From contig OZ024742.1 in NCBI GenBank assembly GCA_964016885.1, positions 319,610,001 through 319,674,000 of the forward strand: DNA of 64,000 bases, in the 5' to 3' direction. The translations under genes were made by a program, and so were the position numbers. The notes beneath the pieces are model-generated. The model made no database searches. It was not told where the DNA came from and saw nothing but the letters and a program-made list of their open reading frames with translations. Source of the stretch: Eledone cirrhosa. Taxonomy: Eukaryota. Of the stretch, positions 55,253 to 64,000 are shown piece by piece. The number at the start of each line of letters is the position of its first letter. Within the stretch, counting starts at the first letter, position 1.

Positions 55253-55923
55253 CCCCATTCAATATTTGCACCCTCTGTCTTGCCACCAGAACGCAGGCCC
55301 GTTCTCCCGACATGCCGCTCTCAACGATATATTGAGACGAAGCCTGGACGTAACAGGCTTTCTATCTCAACTGGAGCCAGCAGACCTAGACAGGGGAGAT
55401 GTCAAGCGCCCCGACGGAATCAACCTCCTCATTCGAAGGAGGTAGTTCCCCCCATCTGGGATGCCACCTGCTGCAACACGTTCTCTGCCTCCAACTTAGT
55501 CGCTTCAGCCACAAACCCTGGCATCGCAGAAGAACGTAAAATAAACAAATACAGGGGTTTGTCCGACCGCTTCCTCTTCGCACCGTCGCCATTGAGACCT
55601 CAGGCGTACTTGGACTCCGTACTGCTGAGCTCTCCCGCAAGATCAGAGCGTTGGGTGGCTGTTGCAGCGGGTGTCACTGGCCATCGTCCAGGGGAATGCT
55701 TTTGCCGTTTTGTCTGCGGAGTGCAGCATTCCTGCCCCCTTGCCCTAGGCCGAAAGCCCAATCACTCACCACCTCTCTTCTGCGACACCAGAGCTCTTGC
55801 CATCCCCTCCCCTTTTCTTCTTACATTCTCTTCTATGTTTCCCTAATCTTTCTTTCCTTTTGTCCCCCCCCCCCCTTTTATTTCTACTTATTAAATAAGG
55901 TTTTTTTACTTTTGAATAAAAAT
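55253..55923 (+). mobile_element. CRE-like non-LTR retrotransposon 3' end (RLE domain)
   Basis: Has KRPDG, IWDATCCNTF, AEERKINKY, PVAIETSG and LAIVQGNA. It is absent from the paralogous site at ~42428. Confidence 0.78.
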
Positions 55924-57019
55924 ATTTGATCGTAATTTCAGAGTTGTCTCCCTTCCCTTTGATAAGAATTATTATGGTAGAAGCTATTTTGTCGGTCCCA
56001 GTAAAATAGACACCCAAACTATTTTGCCGGTAAGAATGTCAGACACCATGCTTTGCAGCATTGAGTTGGGACCTTTTATGGTAAGAGTTCAAATCTCGCC
56101 GAGGTTATCTTTGCCTTTCATTCTTACGGGGTCGATAAAATAATACTAAATAATTAATGGCCAGCTTTATCGATATGTTACTTGGTTAAGACTAGAAGTA
56201 GACGTGATGGTAACTACGGGCTCACATATAAATCTCATTCACTACGGTTAGCTCTTTCTCTCGTCTATTTCCTAACCCTTCCAAATATCCAATTCATTAG
56301 CTTTTCACTTCAGTCGGCTATCATGGAACGCTGTATGTATAACCCGTAGTTCCCAGTGGAGTCGTTGGGCCGGCGTAGTGACATACGGCATTTCTTAAGC
56401 ATCTTTAAAAATCTGGCGTAACCCATCTTCTTTCTAGATCTGAAGATAGCCCATTTCTTCCACAGAAGGAGAAAGAAATATAGAGGAAGAATCAACTCCA
56501 ATGCAGGTACCAGTACTTTATTATCGACTTCGAAAGGATGAAAAGCAAAGTCGACCTAGGCAGGAGATAGCCAGAACGAACACTGCAAAGTATTCTATTC
56601 GACATTTTAACGACTGCCAATTCCCCACCTCTCATAGAACACTACACTCCATTAAAGTGTCATAACCCAAACCGTTTTTTTACCTCCCACCACCACCAAC
56701 CTTTCTCAGCCACGCGATTTGTTGTTATTTAAACCAGACTAATTCAAAGTCAGGATAGCGAACTCAACATTTATATAAATATTGTATATGTGTAGTCGGT
56801 TGCACGAGTGTTAGTGTTTGACAATGTTTTTGAAGACATTCAAAACAATATGATTGCCCAACTCTATCTTAACATAAGAACTAAGATTTCATTACTATCT
56901 ATCTAACGCAATAAGGAAATGAAGAATAGAAGAAGAAAAATATGGCGAAGGTATTGTGGGTATGGTGTGGTGTGCGGTGGCCGGAAGCTGGGGAGTGCCC
57001 GACCGGAAGGGTGCTCGAT

Positions 57020-60000
57020 TAGGGCATTTACCAGTGAAGGCGATGTTGTCGCTTGGCTGCGAAAAGTCCGGCTGGTCGCAAGCTTATAGAAGATAGATGT
57101 GGCTGGCCTCATAGCACTGTACCTCGAGGGGGACGCGTTGGTGCTCTTCCTTGAGTTGGATGAACACAGCCAAAGGGATGCGCAAAAGATTGGGAGGCGC
57201 ATGATGGAAGCGTTCGCGGAGAGACCGTTAGCCGCTTTTGCTAAGCAGGCAAGAATTAGCTGGAACGGTGAACGCGTTGACATTTTCGCAGCGGAAATAC
57301 GGCGATTGGCCATGCTGGCTGGATATCAGGTGGAATGCGAATGCACGGTGCGGTTGGCGTTCATAAATGGATTTCCAGACGACATAGCGGTGAAACTGCA
57401 GCAAGTCCCGAGTTACAAAGAAATTGAGATGCGTTCACTGGTGAAGCAAGCCCGCATCATAGCAGAAGATGCCAAGAAGAGTGTCGCGGCGATAGCAACT
57501 ACAGAGGCTCAAGACAGCTGGCAGCGAAATGGTGAAAGGGAGGCAACCACGGCACGCGGTCGCCCGCGAACGTTTAGAGGTCGCTGTTTTGGGTGCCAGG
57601 GCCCGCACATGGCGACAGACTGTAGAGAGTCAAGGCCGGAAATAATATGCTACCGGTGTAAGCGACCAGGGAAACGATCCAAGGGGAACTACGGCACCGG
57701 TAGTTGCCCCTTACGAGTAGAGGCGCTGCCCGTGGTGGAAGTCTTCGTGAGGGGAAAGCCACATGCGAGCCCTCGTGGACACGGGCTGTACGACGACACT
57801 GGTGATCGCGGGGGTGGCGCAGAGGTGGAGAGGGAAGAGCAGCGTAAGGGCAGTCGACGGCAGGAAAATTGAATGCCGAGGTCGCAGCGAGGTGGAGATG
57901 GCGGTACGGGGAAGGAAAATAAGACTTTCTGCCATCGTAGTTGACAACGTGGTGGATGGGATCGGCGTGGTTATGGGCATGGACGCAATTGACCATCTAG
58001 GAGGCGTCACAGTGAACAACGTCGGTGTGTCGTTTGGCGGGGCTGCATCGGTATGCGCTGTGAATACGCGACAGGAAAACCAGAAGGCCCACGAGGAGAA
58101 ATACCCCGCTTACACTGTGCAGGACAAAGACTTCAAGGCCGTGTTCGATGGGCAGCGATGGGTTGTTGAGTGGTACTGAAAGGGAGAACCACCAACACTG
58201 AAGACCAAAGTGGGCTGCTATCAACACACATTGAAGGGAGACATTAGGAGCGAGTTCGAGCGAGAGGTAGAGAGATGGATTGAGGAGAGCATGCTGCTTC
58301 CCTGGAAAGAGGAGGTGAAGTGCGGAGTATTGCCATTAATGGCGGTGGTGCAACCCACGAAGAACAAGGTGAGGCCGGTACTGGACTTTCGGGGGCTGAA
58401 CGAGCACGTGTCATTCCACACGGGTGGCGAGGTCACGGATGTCTGTGGAGAAACCCTGCGTGAGTGGAGACGCATGACGGGGGGTTCCGCAATCGTAGAT
58501 CTAAAGTCGGCATACTTGCAATTGCATATAGATGAGAAGCTCTGGCAGTATCAGCTGGTCAGGTATAAGGGCCGGACATATTGCCTGACCAGGCTCGGTT
58601 TCGAGCTGAGCTCCGCACCGAAGATCATGGCGGCGGTCCTCAAGACCATTCTGGGAAAGGCCGACAAGATGAAGAGGGCCACTAATTCCTACATTGACGA
58701 CATCCTAGTGGACGAGTCTGTAGTGTCGGCGGCGGAGGTCACGAGCCATTTACAGGAGTATGGACTGGCTGCGAAGCCGTCAGAAGCGTTGGAGGGAGGA
58801 GCCGCGCTGGGACTTAGGCTACGGCAAGACAGGACGGCCCTCTTGGTATTCCAGAGGGGAAATGAAGTTCCAGAACTGGGCCCAAGTATGAGTAGGCGGG
58901 AGCTTTTCTCGGTGTGTGGAAAGTTGGTGGGTCACTACCCGATTGCTTGGTGGCTCCGGACGACATGCAGCTATTTCAAGAGACAAGCGGGAGGGGTGAC
59001 TTGGAGTGACAGAGTGGGAGAGAGGACGGTGGCCATGATGCAGGAGATCGTGGAGAGGGTGAAGGCCGGAGACCCAGTGCGGGGACGCTGGTATGTTCCC
59101 AAATCGCAGAGTGAGACCGTATGGTGCGATGCCAGCAGCATAGCGCTGGGTGTCACGTTGGAGATAGGAGGTGTTGAGGTCGAGGATGCAGCCTGGTTTA
59201 GGAAGAAGGACGACTGCAACCACATCAATGTGGCCGAACTGGACGCGGTGTTGAGAGGGGTGAACCTCGCCCTGAGGTGGGGACTTCGCACCATCGAGAT
59301 ACGCACCGACTCGGCTACTGTACTCGGATGGGTGAGATAAGTGCTCACCAGTGAGAAGAGAGTGCGAACGAGAGGGGCGGCGGAGATGCTGATAAAGCGC
59401 CGCCTGGGAACTTTAGGAGAGCTGGCCACCGAGTTCGACCTGAGGCTGAGCGTAGTTTTCGTGCCCTCAGAGAAAAATAGGGCGGACATCTTAACCAGGG
59501 TGAAGAAAGCCTGGATGGAAGCGCCAGAGGAGGTAGAAGAGGAGATAGCTGCCGTGTGTCAGTTGACCGTGTCGGATCTGAAAGGGTTGCATGACATGCA
59601 CCACATGGGAGTGGATAGGACCCTGTTCCTAGCCAGGAGAATCGACTCGGATGTTAACAGACACAGTGTTCAAAGGGTGGTTAGAGGCTGCGTCCGATGT
59701 CAGTCCATTGATCCCGCCCCGGGTGTTCACGAAACGGGAAGCCTCCCGGTGGATCGCGACTGGAAGCGATTGGCGGTGAATGTAACGCACTACCGACAGG
59801 GAACGTACCTCTCGATGGTTGACTGTGGACCAGGACGGATGGCGATATGGAGGGAGATGAAGACTGGAACGGCCGAGGAAATCATGTGGATGTTGAGAGA
59901 GGTGTTCTTGGAGCGGGGCCCTGTAGACGAACTGCTGATGGACAACAGCGCAGCGTTTCGCTCGGAGGCGCTGAGGGAGATGCTCGATGGATGGAAGGTG

Positions 60001-60528
60001 GACCGTTTCTTCAGAGCAGCGTACAGGCCGAGCGGAAATGGAATTGTGGAGCGACACCACCGGACGATCAAGGCAATGGCGGAGCGGGGCCACATCTCAC
60101 CAATGGAGGCAGTGTTCTGGTACAACATGGCCCCTCGGGTGGGACAGGTTGAGGAATCGGTGCCACACAGAGCAGTATTCAGATACGAGTGGCGGCACCC
60201 GTGCTCGCCACCACAACGGCCAGCGGGGAGAGAGAATGCATTCGTGTAGGTGGGCGAAGAAGTCTGGGTTAAGCCCCCAGATGCACGTTGCACATCACAA
60301 TGGGGAAGGGGAACGGTGACGGCCGTAAATTCCCAGAACAATGTGTCCGTGGACGGAGTACCACGTCATGTCCTGGATGTCCGTAGAATCACTGTGACAA
60401 CGGACTCCGAGGAAGAGGAAACCCAAAGTACCGCCCCAACACTGCGGAGATCGCAAAGAAGTCGCAAACCACCAACCTGGACAGCAGACTTTCATATGCA
60501 GAAGGACGAGGGGGAAATTGATCCTTGA
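57020..60528 (+). pseudogene. Gypsy gag-pol polyprotein pseudogene
   Basis: ORFs 57099-57872 (gag), 57763-58179 (PR), 58210-59340 (RT/RH) and 59341-60528 (INT). The pol pieces share one frame and are separated by single stops. The first integrase catalytic D appears as N (AVNVTH). Confidence 0.88.
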
Positions 60529-60541
60529 GATCAGGAGGGCG

Positions 60542-60811
60542 TGTGGGTATGGCGTGGTGTGCGGTGGCCGGAAGCTGGGGAGTGTTCGACCGGAAGAGTG
60601 CTTGACCGGAAGGGTGCTTGGCCGGAAGGGTGCTCGACCGGAAGGGCCAGCAGATCGGTCTCTCTCTAGTGGTGAACAGAAACGTGGTGGACGCGAGTTT
60701 GGCAGCTCCTGGGTATTAATGAGTTGGACGCACGTGGAAGAGGAGAAACCAGCCATGGGATTTAGCGGCGCCTATGAAAAGCGGTAAGTGAGATAGCTTT
60801 TTCTAACCACA
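60542..60811 (+). repeat. 3' LTR (270 bp) preceded by a purine-rich tract
   Basis: The start matches the truncated 5' LTR at 56955-57018. It contains 16-bp tandem repeats GACCGGAAGGGTGCTY. Confidence 0.88.
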
Positions 60812-63129
60812 GGTATTACAACGGAAAACGGCCAGCGATACCCATTGCGACAGTCACGTCTCCTCACGGGGTTTCTTACTACGGTGGGTTGTCATTTTTC
60901 CGATTTTGCGAAAGAAAATGACAGTTGGGCATTCTAGGAAACCTGAAGTTTTGACAGCAACCGCCGTAAATTCCTGTATTTGGCAATTTTCCTTTACTCT
61001 ACACTGCGGGCGGCAGTGTCTGGGTTAACGGCTGAAGCGACAAGATTGGATTCGCAGCATGGGCTTCCCAAATTAGGGATTTACCTCTTTCGAATGGGAA
61101 GAGAGTAATACTGTCTAGGAGTTAGCTACTACCACGATCAAGGTCAGATGGCTCCAGTTATGATGGGAAGCTAGCCGCATCAAGGCTCCTTCGGATTAAG
61201 TCGTTCAAAGGGACGTGACGATGGAGCCTCCCTGCGTTAAGACGGCAGGATAGTGGGTATAGACTGAACTCGCCTACAATATTTCCACAACAGCATTTGT
61301 GTGACACACACACGGAGTCGAAAGTTCTGGGTGCACTCGTCATCAAGAAGGGTATCGGTTGATAAGGAGGGCACTGAATGGAGCCACGCTGTTTGGCTGC
61401 GAGACAGAACATAGCGAGCGAGACGGCGTTGGTCTAAGGAAGGCTCGATCCACTTGGACGTTGACCTGCACTTGATGCTGTTCTATTTGCGTTGGGTATC
61501 TGCGAACTGGATGACGGCGAAGCTGTCGTCTTTCTAATAGCCCAGAGCCGACTTCAGTGCGTGGGTAACGTCTGGATCTGCAGGCTTGCATCCGATGAGG
61601 GTGCGGCTGGAGGAGAGTGAGGATAGATTGGACGGTAATGCTAGATCCGAGGCCACCGAATATTACTGGGAGGCTCGCCTGTTACCAACCGGCATTGTCG
61701 AACCTGACATTGTAGATGATGTCGGCACTGTGTTGGATAGCAGCATTGAGTTCAGCGACGCATCTCTGTAAAGATACGAGTGTGCATCACGGAGCGTGCA
61801 GAGGCGTTGGGGGGGGGGGGGGGGGGGCAGTTCTTCAAAAGGAAGAGCACCAGATGCAAGCCTCGCGTCGACATTTAACATTCCGAGCAGACAGGGCTTA
61901 GTACGTGTTTTAGGTCCTTCGCGTCTGGCCTGCTGGCTATCTTGGCCGTGTGACATTCTTCTATAGCGGAGTTAAATTAACAGAGAAGAGATCGCAGGCA
62001 TAGTAGGAGAAGTCGCCTCGAAGAAGACTGTTTATTACTGCAGGGGTGACCGAAAGAAACGAACTCTAGTCTCAGCGGCGTGTGGCGTGATTAGATCTTT
62101 GAGGGGGCCAGGAAGGATCTCAGGGTAGCTATTACACCTTCACTGAACGTTGTCAAGGCGATGTCACTGGCAGGAGCTTGGAATTATTTGATATCAGTTG
62201 GTGGATCCGGGTGCTTGAGGCGGAAAGCGGACAGGACGCCCGCACTAAGCCGGAGTACCGTGTCGCTCGAAGCTAGTGAACGCACCGCAGCTAAGGCGTC
62301 ACTCTCAGTTAGTTGGCGGTTAATCCTGTGACAGAGGTGTTTGGAACTGTTGGGATGGGGGATGTGAGTGTGGTGTGCAGCAGGGGAGAAGGGGGAGCAC
62401 AGTCAAAGTGGAGTGGCCGAAGGAGGCGATGTTACCTCTGAGCCTCGAAGTAAGAGAGGGGACCGAGACCTCCCTAACCATTGGATCCCCTGCGCAAGAG
62501 TCACAAAATTGAAAAATCGGTTCCAGTTTTGCGGGCTCTTGATGTCTAGCGCTAGGTCGAATGATGACGCTAGTGCTTTACAATTTTGTAAAGTTATAAA
62601 GGCGATTAAGTTGTTAAGGGTGGTTAGTTATAAGGGCGATTAAGAAAAAGGGGAAATATAAACAGCTGACACCGTTTAAAAAAATAAGTAATTCTATTAG
62701 CTACTGATTTTAGAATGTTACTGATAGAAGATACTTTGTCTTAAATGTGAATTATCTTTGATGTTGCCGTTTTAAGAAAAGAATAATTTTCCCCCCAATT
62801 CAGTTCCAAATGTGTATCTATCTAGGTACAATAGGACCTCAAGTATAACGTAAGGTTGGTATGATTCGGGTTATACTTTTATATAAAGGGTCTACGATAT
62901 TTCTGTTTCCTTTTGTGTTTGTAAGTTCATTTTGAGTTCTAATCCTTGTTTAAATTTAATGCGTTATGCTTTAAACATCTCTTCCAGATTTAGTTTTATA
63001 ACGGCGGCGAATTTCCAGGTATATGTTATTAAAATAGTTTTGACGCTTCATTTTATTATTGTTTAAAAATAAATAGAAGTACATACATACAATCAATTAA
63101 TAATTGCTAGGAACTCAACAAAGTGAGAT

Positions 63130-63620
63130 AGAAAAAAACAAAAAAACATCAGTTCCACATAAACTGTGTCAATCGGTCATACACCACACGAGTCATCAGA
63201 AACTGTTGAGACAAGTCAACACGTTCGCAGCATTACCGCGAGTGATGGCGAGGCTAAGACTCTGAAACAACCAAGCACCCTCACAGGCATCAGCTGATAC
63301 CTCGGTAAGGCGAGCCGCTAGCGATGACAAAAACTAGTTATCCCAAACGTTCCAGATGGATTTGAAAGCTCGATCAGTAATTGGGGCACCAACGGAGCAC
63401 CACACTGATGAGGGTGGTACTGTGATAGCAGTTAAGCAATCTGTAAACAGGTTTACAGTCTGTTGGTATGCAGCTGGGAGGTTGAAGAGCCAGAGCTCGC
63501 ATTTAGAACTATTGACATGAAGGCTCCTATGATGAAGTTGTTGGTTAATGTTATGGACAAGTGGTGGTGGTGTTGAAAAATGATCAGGGGGACAGTTTTG
63601 ATACTTCTGCGGTTCCATAT
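63130..63620 (-). mobile_element. CRE-like relic, internally deleted
   Basis: The minus strand has LHVNSSKCEL...VGAPI fused to WLFQSLSLAITRGNAANVL. Confidence 0.7.
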
Positions 63621-63724
63621 TTAAATATGGGCCAGATAATCTTTATCGTAAACAACTAAACTAGAGAAATTCTTTCAATCTCTACGGGCATATTCCTTTA
63701 TCTAGATTACATTCACTGATAGCA

Positions 63725-63897
63725 CGCAGCACACACTCTAAATGTGGTTGGCGTTAGGAAGGGCATCCAGCTGTAGTACCAGGCCAAAATCTGCCCCGGG
63801 TGGTCTAAACATGGTCCTCTGACCTGATCCTCTCCCTAAGGGTCAACCTGTCCTACCCATGCTAACGTGGAAGATGGACGTTAAACGATGATGATGA
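63725..63897 (+). mobile_element. RTE/SINE 3' tail fragment
   Basis: GGTTGGCGTTAGGAAGGGCATCCAGC...GGACGTTAAACGATGATGAT. Confidence 0.8.
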
Positions 63898-64000
63898 TAA
63901 GTTCTACTTTTTTAGATTTAGGTTTAGGCTTGATTGGAGTTAAAGGTTCCTTTGTGTGTGTATGAACGCACAAAGGATACCTCTCATCATGAAGAAATCG

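Larger units (their letters stand above)
56955..60811 (+). mobile_element. Ty3/Gypsy LTR retrotransposon, decayed (gag-PR-RT-RNaseH-INT)
   Basis: TG...CA ends with the 5-bp TSD GGTAT (56950-56954 and 60812-60816). Has a gag zinc knuckle, ALVDTG, VDLKSAY, YIDD, CDAS/AEL/TDS and an HHCC integrase. In-frame stops fall at 58177, 59338 and 60247. Confidence 0.93.
56905..62640 (-). mobile_element. CRE-like non-LTR relic (RT core deleted), interrupted by a Gypsy element
   Basis: The minus strand reads DALAAVRSLASSD..LKHP, DLALP, LSCRLNAGRLHRH..LNDLIRRSL and RKIAKY. SQWVSLAVFRCN|TFAI is split by the Gypsy insertion. Confidence 0.75.
53650..62995 (+). repeat. Segmental duplication, copy B (expanded by TE insertions)
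   Basis: Collinear with 40670-46680 once the insertions at 55001, 55253 and 56905-62640 are removed. Confidence 0.88.

Noticed and set aside
57574-60341. Multiple overlapping minus-strand ORFs inside the Gypsy element
   Set aside because: They are expected by chance in GC-rich coding DNA and show no recognisable motifs.

Overview
Repeat-rich animal genomic DNA, most likely from an octopus (inferred from huge (TA)n arrays, RTE LINEs with (GAT)n tails, Nin-type SINEs and a KRAB-less tandem C2H2 gene). There are two host genes on the + strand. One is the 3' seven coding exons of an Additional sex combs/ASXL gene (DEUBAD domain and C-terminal PHD, 20662-37014; I could not find the 5' exons). The other is a single-coding-exon C2H2 gene with 21 fingers (50846-52693), lying between two copies of a duplicated block (~40.7-46.7 kb and ~53.65-63.0 kb). 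The rest is mostly mobile DNA: many RTE LINE copies whose reverse transcriptase carries an inserted C4HC3 PHD finger, a 5'-inverted RTE of another family, bipartite RTE derivatives, CRE-like relics, a decayed Gypsy element with a 5-bp TSD, maT (DD37D) transposons, Mutator-, piggyBac- and Helitron-type mini-elements, Penelope-type hammerhead motifs, and an unclassified asymmetric inverted-repeat family in (TA)n. All calls come from reading the sequence; no database search was run.
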